Source: an uncultured bacterium (lineage in GTDB: Bacteria > Fidelibacterota > Marinisomatia > Marinisomatales > UBA1611). Taken from it: DNA of 64,000 bases. This document shows positions 41,954 to 51,313 of the stretch, piece after piece. Below the pieces are notes generated by a model, which worked only from the letters and a program-made list of their open reading frames with translations, did not search any database and was not told where the DNA came from. The position numbers were made by a program, and so were the translations under genes. Each line of letters begins with the position of its first letter. The first letter of the stretch is position 1. Where the stretch lies: contig CALSPG010000006.1 of assembly GCA_943788175.1 (NCBI GenBank), positions 96,001 to 160,000 of the forward strand, given 5' to 3'.

Positions 41954-43699
41954 TTATTCAACTGTATCAAGTTCTGCTAATCTTTCTGCTATTAAATCAA
42001 TAAAGATGCTTATCTCTTTTAACATATCCATAAGGTCCAAATAAATCTGTTCCTGCGCCTGATTTTCATCCTTGGAGTTTGAACGTTTTAGGTGCTCAAT
42101 TCGATATTTTTCTTCCAGATCTTTAAACTTCTTACCCTTACTAACAATTTTATCTATTTTATTTTTCTCATATTTTTCAAAAAACTTTCCTAACCTTTTT
42201 ATCTGCTTGATAATTTTTTTATGATAGGATTCAACCTCTTTAATGAGGTTATCAGATAATTCTTCAGATTGGCTCTCTTTTTTTACTAGCAAGTCGTGTA
42301 ACCTTAGGTTTACACTATTTTTTACAGAGTTGATATTGTGAACAACAGAAACTAAAGTGAAAACTTCTCTCGATTGTACATCATTTAAATCTTGATTATT
42401 AACTTTTATTAAATACGTTGATATTTCATTATTCAGAAACGAAATTTTTTCAATACGGTTTTTAAGACCCCCTTCAAAGTCTTCTTCCTCATCTTCAATA
42501 TCATGTAAAGAATCATTTGAAATAAATGGTTTAGCTACAGATCCAACTACTCTCTCAAGTAAACCAATTACTCCTCTTATTTCAGCCTGAGCGTTCGAGA
42601 TAGCAACAGTTGGAGTATCAAGAACATCATCATTTAGATGCATTACTTTTGGTTTGCTTATATCACGATTGATGTTTTCATCTGGAAAATATTTCATAAT
42701 TAGCTTTCCAACTAATGGCGTAAAAGGAATAAACACAACTGTAGCCAGAATGTTAAAAATAGTGTGTGCATTTGCAATTTGCCTTGGAATATTATCAGAT
42801 GTTTGAGTAATGAATTCTGCAAAGGTTGGAATCCAGAAACAAAAGAGTGCTACACCAAGCAAATTAAATGTTACATGGGCAATTGCAACTCTCTTTGCTT
42901 CTCTAGAAGCATTCAACCCAGCAAGGAGAGCAGTCACACAGGTTCCTACATTTGCACCAAGTATGAGCGGTATGCCCGCCTCGAGCGTTATTGATCCTCC
43001 ACTAGCAAGCGTAATAACGATACCCGTAGTTGCACTGCTACTTTGAATGAGTGCAGTAAAGGCAGCACCAGCTAAAATACCCATAAATGGATTTTCAAGG
43101 CTAATTAGGATATCATTAAATGTCGGATTTGATCGAAGTGGCTTCATTGTATCAGACATGACTTTCATTCCATAAAAAAGCAGACCAAACCCAAGAATCA
43201 CAAATCCAATATTTTTGTTAGAATCTTTCTTCGAAAACAAGGCTGTTAAAGCACCAATGGCAACTAATGCAAGAGCATAATCCGTGACTTTAAATGCAAC
43301 AATCTGCGCTGTGATAGTACTTCCAATATTAGAACCAAGTATCACACCTAAGCCTTGAACGAATGTCAAAAGCCCAGAATTAACAAAACTAACTAACATT
43401 ACCGTTGTTGCGCTGCTACTTTGAATAACCATGGTAACGAAAGCACCAACGCCAACAGCCAAGAAACGATTTGAAGTTAGTTTCTCTAAAACAGAACGCA
43501 TCTTGTTACCAGCTGCAATTTTCATTCCATCGCTCATCATTTCCATTCCATACAAAAACATTCCTAAGCCACCAAACAAGCTAGTAAACATTAAAAATAT
43601 AGAAACTTCCTTCGGACTAGAACCTGCTGATGAGGATGCCATAAGCAAAGAGGGAATTGCTCCAAAAATTATAATCGATGTAAGTAATATTTTTTTCAT
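41954..43699 (-). CDS. Na+/Pi cotransporter family protein (PhoU-like C-terminus)
   Basis: Duplicated QSSSATT and GSNIG/GANVGT motifs, IANAHTIFN; helical C-terminal domain. Confidence 0.92.
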   Translation of the reverse strand: MKKILLTSIIIFGAIPSLLMASSSAGSSPKEVSIFLMFTSLFGGLGMFLYGMEMMSDGMKIAAGNKMRSVLEKLTSNRFLAVGVGAFVTMVIQSSSATTVMLVSFVNSGLLTFVQGLGVILGSNIGSTITAQIVAFKVTDYALALVAIGALTALFSKKDSNKNIGFVILGFGLLFYGMKVMSDTMKPLRSNPTFNDILISLENPFMGILAGAAFTALIQSSSATTGIVITLASGGSITLEAGIPLILGANVGTCVTALLAGLNASREAKRVAIAHVTFNLLGVALFCFWIPTFAEFITQTSDNIPRQIANAHTIFNILATVVFIPFTPLVGKLIMKYFPDENINRDISKPKVMHLNDDVLDTPTVAISNAQAEIRGVIGLLERVVGSVAKPFISNDSLHDIEDEEEDFEGGLKNRIEKISFLNNEISTYLIKVNNQDLNDVQSREVFTLVSVVHNINSVKNSVNLRLHDLLVKKESQSEELSDNLIKEVESYHKKIIKQIKRLGKFFEKYEKNKIDKIVSKGKKFKDLEEKYRIEHLKRSNSKDENQAQEQIYLDLMDMLKEISIFIDLIAERLAELDTVE

Positions 43700-43830
43700 T
43701 TTATCTAGTTTCTTATTAGTTATTTAAAGTTATTACGGCTGAATTGGAGCGTAATGTATTTAAAAAATGTATCAAGATGAAGTCTAAAGAATATTTTTTG
43801 TTATTTTTAAAAAGTTAAATAGATTTAAAG

Positions 43831-44640
43831 ATGTCTAAAGTTCTAAAAGATTTTTTTTCAGTTATTAATACCAAATCACTCATAGTGATTGTTGCAGCGT
43901 GTGCAACTACCACTTTATGCTATGAACTTGATTTTCATTTTATTGTTCCCACTGACCTAATAAGCATAGCAATCGTATTCCCAATTGTTTTTTCTATTCA
44001 TGCTGCATATAATCGCAGAGAGAAAGCCCTTGAACATTATTCTATCTTTAAAGCTAGTGCTTTATCAATAAGATTTGCACACACTCATTGGATTAATGAA
44101 AAACAAAAGGAAAACCGCCAAAACAAAGTACTAGATCGAAAAGAGCATATAGATAGACTTGATGATATTTACAAAAATTTATTCGCGAAAATATATGACT
44201 ACTTGAATTCAAAGAATCCAACATCAGAAACATACAATCAAATAATAAACCTAATCGGCGAAATATCAATATCTAATGAAAAATTAAGACCTTTTGTCCT
44301 TGACCCTGAAAATGTTAGATCAAATGAAAATTTGAGATTAATGATTGTTGAGCTTGAAAATATTATAAATATAAAAAATTATCGGACTCCAAACTCCCTG
44401 CGTGCATACACTAAAGTTTTTCTTAATATTTTCCCAATAATATTCGGTCCATTTTTTGCTCATGTTGCTATTGAAAAAGGGATTGAATTTGGTATTGCAA
44501 TGGCAATTATTTACAGTTTAGTCTTAACTATTCTTGATAATATCCAAGAAGATTTAGAAGACCCTTTTGATGGTGTAGGTAGCGATGATATACAATTAAA
44601 CTACCCCACAATGCTTCAGGTCAATACAGTTAAACCATAG
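43831..44640 (+). CDS. Bestrophin-like (UPF0187/YneE-related) membrane protein
   Basis: FSIHAAYNRR, RTP, IQEDLEDPFDG, DDI. Confidence 0.65.
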   Translation: MSKVLKDFFSVINTKSLIVIVAACATTTLCYELDFHFIVPTDLISIAIVFPIVFSIHAAYNRREKALEHYSIFKASALSIRFAHTHWINEKQKENRQNKVLDRKEHIDRLDDIYKNLFAKIYDYLNSKNPTSETYNQIINLIGEISISNEKLRPFVLDPENVRSNENLRLMIVELENIINIKNYRTPNSLRAYTKVFLNIFPIIFGPFFAHVAIEKGIEFGIAMAIIYSLVLTILDNIQEDLEDPFDGVGSDDIQLNYPTMLQVNTVKP

Positions 44641-44688
44641 TATTAATACTTCTAATACCATACGTACCCCCCATTTAGAAAAACCAAA

Positions 44689-44955
44689 ATGGATGTTCTA
44701 AGTACTCTCAAGCTTGTTAAAGGCATTTTTGCTATTTTAGATCTGTTTGTATGGGCTAGAGTTATCCTTAGCTGGATTCCCCATAATCAATACAATGAGA
44801 TTACACGTACTGTTTTTAATGTTACAGAACCTTTGCTTAGACCAATTAGAGATCTAATTCCTACTTCATCAATTAATATAGATATATCACCTTTCATCCT
44901 TCTATTCGCGCTGAACATGGCAGAATCCTTAGCCCTTCGAACATTCGTTTACTAG
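44689..44955 (+). CDS. YggT family membrane protein
   Basis: RVILSWIP, VTEPLLRPIR, DISP. Confidence 0.9.
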   Translation: MDVLSTLKLVKGIFAILDLFVWARVILSWIPHNQYNEITRTVFNVTEPLLRPIRDLIPTSSINIDISPFILLFALNMAESLALRTFVY

Positions 44956-45005
44956 ATATTTTTATCTTAAGATAAATATGATTATTAAAGTTTGAAAAAA
45001 TTTTA

Positions 45006-45773
45006 GTGGAATATTTATATCTAATAATTGCATCCCTTTTTACATCTGCGATATCAGCTATGATTGGTATGGGCGGTGGAATAATTTTACTTGGTATAAT
45101 GGCATTAGTCATTCCAGAAGGTTATTTGGTGGTCGCATTACATGGGATGATACAATTAGTGGGAAATAGTACTCGAGCTTTTGTCTTTAGAAATGCTATA
45201 AAAAAAGATTTGGTTTTTAATTACTTTTTTGGCTCAATTATTGGTTCAATGATTTCTATAAGTATTATCGTTGCGTTAATTAATCTTTATAAAGTTGACT
45301 CAGCTAATCAAATTGCTTTTGACTATTTAAAGCCTCTTATAGGGATATATATTCTATGGTTTGTTTACTTGAGAAAAAAAGAAGGCATAAAAAAACATAA
45401 CTTTTTTTATGTGGGAATTCTTGGAGGTTTGACATCGATTTTTATAGGTGCTGTAGGTCCATTAATTGCTCCATTTTTTTTAAAAAATAATTTTCAAAAA
45501 GAAGAGATTATTGCTAATAAAGCAACATGCCAAATAGTATCTCATCTCGGTAAAGTACCAATTTTTATCTATTACTTTGAATTAGAGTATTCCAAACATT
45601 TAGAATTATTATTACCGCTAATGATATCAGTTTATTTTGGAACCATTATTGGAAAAAAACTATTAGGGCTTATATCTGAAAAAACTTTTAAAAAATTATT
45701 TAAAATTTGTTTGTCTATCATTGCTGTACGTTTAATAATTGACCAAATTTTAGAAACCTATTTATCTATTTAA
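45006..45773 (+). CDS. Sulfite exporter TauE/SafE family
   Basis: GMGGGII and IGAVGP glycine motifs; ~8 TMs. Confidence 0.85.
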   Translation: MEYLYLIIASLFTSAISAMIGMGGGIILLGIMALVIPEGYLVVALHGMIQLVGNSTRAFVFRNAIKKDLVFNYFFGSIIGSMISISIIVALINLYKVDSANQIAFDYLKPLIGIYILWFVYLRKKEGIKKHNFFYVGILGGLTSIFIGAVGPLIAPFFLKNNFQKEEIIANKATCQIVSHLGKVPIFIYYFELEYSKHLELLLPLMISVYFGTIIGKKLLGLISEKTFKKLFKICLSIIAVRLIIDQILETYLSI

Positions 45774-45833
45774 TTAATAATTGAAAAGAATATTGACTTT
45801 AGAAAATTCGCAAAAAACAGATACGATAATTTC

Positions 45834-46367
45834 ATGAAAACTTTAGATATACTTTTAAATAATTATATACAAGAAAACAAGTATGATACGAATGCAATAA
45901 AGATGCTAAACTTTTATAGAAATAATGAAAATTGCTTCAGTAAAGATAATACAAAAGGCCATTTTACTGGTTCAGCATGGATAATAAATCCTGCAAAAGA
46001 TACTGTTTTAATGACACATCATAAAAAGTTAAATATGTGGCTTCAACTTGGTGGACATGCAGATGGTGATAATAATCTAATCAATGTAGCACTGCGAGAG
46101 TCCGAAGAGGAATCTGGGTTTAGTAATTTTAAATTATTAAGTGAAGAAATTTTTGACTTAGATATCCATGAAATCGAGCCTATGAATGATGAGCATAGAC
46201 ACCTTCATTACGATGTTAGGTTTTTACTTGAGGCAGATCCAATCAAAAGTAATATAATTGTTAGTGATGAATCACATGATGTTAAATGGATTCCTCTAGG
46301 CGAAGTAGATAATTATAATTCAGAGGATTCGATTAGAAGAATGGTTGCTAAAACGATTGAGCTATAA
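45834..46367 (+). CDS. NUDIX hydrolase
   Basis: GHFTGSA, Nudix box GGHADG...ALRESEEESG, HYDVRF. Confidence 0.92.
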   Translation: MKTLDILLNNYIQENKYDTNAIKMLNFYRNNENCFSKDNTKGHFTGSAWIINPAKDTVLMTHHKKLNMWLQLGGHADGDNNLINVALRESEEESGFSNFKLLSEEIFDLDIHEIEPMNDEHRHLHYDVRFLLEADPIKSNIIVSDESHDVKWIPLGEVDNYNSEDSIRRMVAKTIEL

Positions 46368-46386
46368 TTTTTGCACCTTTACATAA

Positions 46387-47373
46387 TTATAAGCTTATCA
46401 GAATGACGCCATAAGTAGTTAGACTGCTCTCAATTTTTAGATGAGCATTACTAATATCTTTTAGTCCATATTTGTGAGATAACCTATTAATCAATCTTTC
46501 CTCTTTTAATGCAACAGTAATATCATTTATTGCATTGATTTTAGCTTCTGGGGGGATATCATAAACAAAAACCATTTTTAAATTAAGATTCGCATTCATC
46601 ATTTTATAAAATGGCATTTTTGGATACATTTCCGACATTGATGCAAAAGTGACTATTTCACAATTTGGTTTAATAACTGCCAATAAATAATTTAGATTGA
46701 CACCAAAATCACCATCTATTATTTTATCTATTTTTTGGCCATTCGTATAATCCATAACTTGATCTACAAAAAGTTTTGAAGGATGTTCTAGAACAAGATC
46801 TGCACCGGCATTTTGACAATGCTTGATACTTTTTGAATTAGAGGCCGTTGCTATAACAACAGCACCTGCTTGCTTTGCCCATTGTATAGCATAATTTCCT
46901 ACCCTGCCTGCACCTCCAGTAATTAAAACATAACGATTTTCAATGCGATCACCAATATGAACACATCTATGCGCTGTGATAGCTGGAATACCCATCATCG
47001 AACCAACGTCGTAATTAGTATTTTTAGGCAAGCGAATCGCATTAATTGAAGGCAAACAAATGAACTCGGCAGAGGTTCCAAAATTTCGATTATGCTGCGC
47101 CTCATATAGCCAGACTCTTTCGCCTATTCTATCTTTTAAATCATTATTACCAACATCGATTATTTCTCCTGCTCCATCACTATGAGGAATAATTAGACCT
47201 TGATCGAGAGCAAATGGAATTGATCCTAATCTTTTTTTTGTATCAGAAGGATTAACTGCGGAAAAAAAAACACGAACTTTAACCTCTCCAACTTTAGGTA
47301 CTGGTTCGTCTAATTCTCCAACTTTAAGTACCTTTTCCGCTAGACCAAATTTGCTATACCAAGCAGCGAGCAA
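46387..47373 (-). CDS. NADPH:quinone reductase (zeta-crystallin/MDR family)
   Basis: VNPSDTK, PHSDGAG, GIPAITAHR, ITGGAGRVG. Confidence 0.9.
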   Translation of the reverse strand: MLAAWYSKFGLAEKVLKVGELDEPVPKVGEVKVRVFFSAVNPSDTKKRLGSIPFALDQGLIIPHSDGAGEIIDVGNNDLKDRIGERVWLYEAQHNRNFGTSAEFICLPSINAIRLPKNTNYDVGSMMGIPAITAHRCVHIGDRIENRYVLITGGAGRVGNYAIQWAKQAGAVVIATASNSKSIKHCQNAGADLVLEHPSKLFVDQVMDYTNGQKIDKIIDGDFGVNLNYLLAVIKPNCEIVTFASMSEMYPKMPFYKMMNANLNLKMVFVYDIPPEAKINAINDITVALKEERLINRLSHKYGLKDISNAHLKIESSLTTYGVILISL

Positions 47374-49158
47374 TTATATTTTCTTTCCTGTTTGTATATT
47401 CCATAATTCCGCGTAAAAACTTATATTGTTCTTCATCAAATCGTCATGTGTACCAGATTCATGAATTTTAGAATCTTTTATAACAAAAATATTATCACAA
47501 TTACGGATGGTAGATAACCTGTGTGCAACTATAATCATCGTACGATTTTTCTTCAAATCAAAAAATGATTTTTGAATCAACCTCTCGGTTCTATTATCAA
47601 CAGATGACGTCGCCTCATCAAATATGAGTATATCTGGATTTCTTACGATAGCTCTTGCAATCGCTAAACGCTGCCTTTGTCCACCTGAAAGTCGTTGACC
47701 ACGCTCACCAATTAATGTATCATAACCATCTTTCATTGATGAAATAAATTCATCACATTGGCTTTGCTTTGCAGCTAGAATAATATCTTCATCTGAACAC
47801 GATTGATTTCCATAGCTAATATTTTCTTTTATCGAAGCATTAAAAAGGAATGTGTCTTGGCTTACAATTCCAATCTTACTTCTCAAGTTTTCAATAGAAA
47901 TATTTGAAATATTATTATCACCAATAAAAATTTTTCCGGATAGCGGATCATAAAGACGTAATAATAATTTTGCTAAAGTAGTTTTGCCAGATCCCGTATC
48001 TCCAACAATACCAACTGATGATCCATATTTAATTTCCATACTAAAATTATCAAATAAATCTGCGCCGTTTGGATATCTAAAAGAAACGTTAGTATATCGA
48101 ATGTCTTGCTTCAAGTTATCTACAATTTTTGGATCAGTATTTTCAGGTATGTGTTCATTGGTTTTTAAAAGGTCAAAAATTCTTTTACTTGACGCCATAG
48201 ATCTTTCAAAATCATCGACCAAAGTTCCTAATGTAGTAAACGGCCACAAAAATCTTTGAGTAAGAAAAACCAGGACACTGTAAGAACCAACCGCTAAAGT
48301 GCCACTCAAAGCCATGTGACTTCCAATCAATATAGTGCCTAAAAACCCAGCCAATACACCCATGCGAATCACAGGCACAAACGCGCTACTAATTAAAATA
48401 GCATTAATATTTTCTTTTTGATAATCCTTACTTAAATGACTAATTCTATTTTTTTCATTTTTAAAAGACATAAAACTTTTTATGGTTTGTATACCTAATA
48501 AGTTGTTGAACACAGAAGAATTAAGCGCTCCGACTTTATCTCTTACACTACGATACCTTGGCGAAAGTTTTTTTTGAAATAAAAAACTAACTGCGAAAAT
48601 AATTGGAACAGGTAGAACCGCAATTGATGCAATTATTGGGGAGATATAAAAGAATATAATTCCAATGCAAACTGTCGATACAACAACTTGAATAATTTGG
48701 TTCATCCCATTATTCAAGAATCGTTCTAACTGGTTTACATCATCATTCAATACAGCAGTAATATTCCCAGTAGATTGGTTTTCGTGCCAACTCAATCCAA
48801 GCCTTTGAGCATGATCATATGCAGAAACTCTAATTTCGTGCTCAACGTCTTGCGCCAGACCACGCCACTGAATCGAGTAAATATATTGAAATGTTGATTC
48901 TAAAGCCCAAATTACAAAAGTGATTATACCTAAAAATATTACCTGACTTTCAATTGAACTAAAACCCAAAGAAGCAACAAAACTATTTTCCTTTTCGACC
49001 ACTAGATCTACAGCAACGCCTATTAGTACCTCAGGTGCTATATCAAAAATTTTATTTAAAACCGAGCATGTGGACGCAAATATGGCTTTGCCTCTCCAGG
49101 GATAGATGTAACGAATTAATTCGCTAAAAGAATTTGCTGAGCTATGATTAAGTTTCAT
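47374..49158 (-). CDS. ABC transporter fused permease/ATP-binding protein (MsbA-like exporter)
   Basis: N-terminal TMD; GDTGSGKTT, LSGGQRQR, IFDEATSSVD, AHRLST. Confidence 0.93.
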   Translation of the reverse strand: MKLNHSSANSFSELIRYIYPWRGKAIFASTCSVLNKIFDIAPEVLIGVAVDLVVEKENSFVASLGFSSIESQVIFLGIITFVIWALESTFQYIYSIQWRGLAQDVEHEIRVSAYDHAQRLGLSWHENQSTGNITAVLNDDVNQLERFLNNGMNQIIQVVVSTVCIGIIFFYISPIIASIAVLPVPIIFAVSFLFQKKLSPRYRSVRDKVGALNSSVFNNLLGIQTIKSFMSFKNEKNRISHLSKDYQKENINAILISSAFVPVIRMGVLAGFLGTILIGSHMALSGTLAVGSYSVLVFLTQRFLWPFTTLGTLVDDFERSMASSKRIFDLLKTNEHIPENTDPKIVDNLKQDIRYTNVSFRYPNGADLFDNFSMEIKYGSSVGIVGDTGSGKTTLAKLLLRLYDPLSGKIFIGDNNISNISIENLRSKIGIVSQDTFLFNASIKENISYGNQSCSDEDIILAAKQSQCDEFISSMKDGYDTLIGERGQRLSGGQRQRLAIARAIVRNPDILIFDEATSSVDNRTERLIQKSFFDLKKNRTMIIVAHRLSTIRNCDNIFVIKDSKIHESGTHDDLMKNNISFYAELWNIQTGKKI

Positions 49159-49242
49159 TTAGTAAAAACCTGTTTAAATAATATTTAAGTTATGAATAAC
49201 TCTCTCTCACATAAATGAAAATCTTTTAAATCTAAAAATGTT

Positions 49243-49911
49243 ATGACAAAAAATAATACAGATTCAGTTCTTAAATATAGAATCAAAGAACCTTTAAAGG
49301 AGTCTACCGACACTCCTACTATTTTTCTTCTTCATGGGATCGGAAGTAATATGGATGATTTGTTTTCATTGAATCATTTTTTTGCTGATGAATGGAGAAT
49401 AATAAGTTTTCAAGCTCCTATACCCTTAGGCTTTGGAGGGTGGGCCTGGGCTGAATTAGATTTAAATAATTTAAGAAGATATCCAAAACCAAAGCAACGA
49501 ATTGCAAGCCGAAATGCAATTATTCAATCTATAAAAACCCTCAAGAAAGAATTCAAGATTAAATCAAAAAATTCTTACCTGCTTGGTTTCAGTCAAGGAG
49601 CAGCATTTACGTTATTCAGTGGTTTGACAAGTCCTTCCGAGTTCAATGGACTCATTGCTATTTGTGGTTTTTATAAGGTAGAAGAAGATATTAAAGAAAT
49701 AGATACTGAAAAGATTAAGAATTTAGAAATATTAGTAAGTAACGGCACCGCTGACGATGTGATTCCCATTCACATGGGAAGGATGACTAATTTAGGATTG
49801 AAAAAAGTTGGTTTATCACACACTTATAATGAGTATGACACTGGGCATACAATATCAAATGATTGCTTAAATGATATTTTATCTTGGCTGCAAGAAAAAC
49901 ATCAAAGCTAA
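49243..49911 (+). CDS. Phospholipase/carboxylesterase (alpha/beta hydrolase)
   Basis: LHGIG, GFSQG nucleophile, GTADDVI, GH. Confidence 0.9.
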   Translation: MTKNNTDSVLKYRIKEPLKESTDTPTIFLLHGIGSNMDDLFSLNHFFADEWRIISFQAPIPLGFGGWAWAELDLNNLRRYPKPKQRIASRNAIIQSIKTLKKEFKIKSKNSYLLGFSQGAAFTLFSGLTSPSEFNGLIAICGFYKVEEDIKEIDTEKIKNLEILVSNGTADDVIPIHMGRMTNLGLKKVGLSHTYNEYDTGHTISNDCLNDILSWLQEKHQS

Positions 49912-51132
49912 TTATTTAATTAATATCATTTTTTTAGAAGTAACCGATACATCAGATTTTAATCTGTAATAATAAATACCTGAGGGCATTTGAAGGCCAT
50001 CATCATTACTTCCGTCCCATTGTAAAGTAATGCTTCCAGCAGAATAATTTTGATTACCTAATACCTTTATTTCTTTTCCTTTGATATCAATTATAGAGAT
50101 TTTTAAAAATGACATTTTTTCCAATTCTATATCAATGTTTGTAATAGGATTAAATGGGTTAGGATAATTTTGTTTTAAAACAAAATCTTCGGGTATCTCA
50201 TATGACTTTTTAACACCGGCAATATTGACGCCTATAAAATCACAAATCCCGCTAATGAGGGCGCTTGCAGTTAAGTTATAGTTTCCAGCATCACTACAAT
50301 TCATATCTTCATAAGTTAGAGCCATAACATTTTCTGCATAATTGAACCACCACCAACTTTCAGGATATTGATCAGGCGTACTACTAGACCAACTTACAAA
50401 ATAATTCCAATTTTCAAAACCACCCGGATAATAAAACTGGATCCCTGATATAAATTCTTTTTCTGAATCAGCAAAATAACTACTTGTCCCATTTTCATGA
50501 TGATAAACAAAATACCTTTTACAAGCATATGCAGAATGCATATTTAAGGCTACTTGAATCGGGTTTGGTAGGGCAAAAGAAAGTTCTATAAATCTGTTTT
50601 GCAATGCAGAAACTTCAGGCTGGAGTTCATCATCATCCCAGCCACTTTCAATATCAAGACCATTAGCATTTTCTCTTGCATATCCTAATTCAACTCCATC
50701 TGGATTATGCATAGGCACAATATGAAAAATAGTATTGGCTCTTATTAAAGCTGCCTCCGGTGTATCCGCAATTAAAAAATTAATAATTTCATCCGCAACC
50801 CAAAACGATTCTTCTTCGCCAGGATGTGTACGAGCATGAATATATATTCTCTTGTAAGTTAATGAACTATGTTGATCTGATATAATTAATTCCCAAATAC
50901 CTCTACCCTGAACGGAAGCCCCAATGGAGTCAATTATAACATATGGACTTTGAGACCATTCTGATAAATCGCTAATTAAATCATCATAACCATATCCCCA
51001 GTTTCTTTCATAATTGATGTGATCAGGCAATGACCCACATTTTCGATTTTCAATCATTTGGGCATTAGCATGGTAAAAAATGAATAAAAATGAAATAAAT
51101 AATTTTTTTCGAAACTTAAAAGTCATATTCAA
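49912..51132 (-). CDS. Secreted M14 family zinc carboxypeptidase with Por/FlgD-type C-terminal domain
   Basis: HPGE, NPDG, RENANG, NMHS; C-terminal QNYPNPFNP...WDG...SGIYYYRL...KKMILIK. Confidence 0.88.
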   Translation of the reverse strand: MNMTFKFRKKLFISFLFIFYHANAQMIENRKCGSLPDHINYERNWGYGYDDLISDLSEWSQSPYVIIDSIGASVQGRGIWELIISDQHSSLTYKRIYIHARTHPGEEESFWVADEIINFLIADTPEAALIRANTIFHIVPMHNPDGVELGYARENANGLDIESGWDDDELQPEVSALQNRFIELSFALPNPIQVALNMHSAYACKRYFVYHHENGTSSYFADSEKEFISGIQFYYPGGFENWNYFVSWSSSTPDQYPESWWWFNYAENVMALTYEDMNCSDAGNYNLTASALISGICDFIGVNIAGVKKSYEIPEDFVLKQNYPNPFNPITNIDIELEKMSFLKISIIDIKGKEIKVLGNQNYSAGSITLQWDGSNDDGLQMPSGIYYYRLKSDVSVTSKKMILIK

Positions 51133-51226
51133 ATATAATGATTAATACTGAAGAAACTTTATGCTTAAAAATCCTTAAATCTATTATGTCATATTTTAAG
51201 ATGTTTTAAGTAGCAACTAATTGTGA

Positions 51227-51239
51227 TGCCATTGTGGCA
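51227..51239. promoter_or_regulatory. Palindromic operator TGCCA-N3-TGGCA upstream of htpG
   Basis: tgccattgtggca; same motif as upstream of groES. Confidence 0.55.
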
Positions 51240-51252
51240 GAAAAACCTATGC

Positions 51253-51268
51253 GGGTATAATTTTTGAT
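51253..51268 (+). promoter_or_regulatory. Putative sigma54-type (-24/-12) promoter of htpG
   Basis: GG-TATAATTTTT-GA (GG-N10-GA variant), aligning with GG-AATAATTTTT-GC at groES. Confidence 0.5.
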
Positions 51269-51313
51269 GATATATACTAAACATATCAAAATAATAATTA
51301 AACGGAGTTTCCA

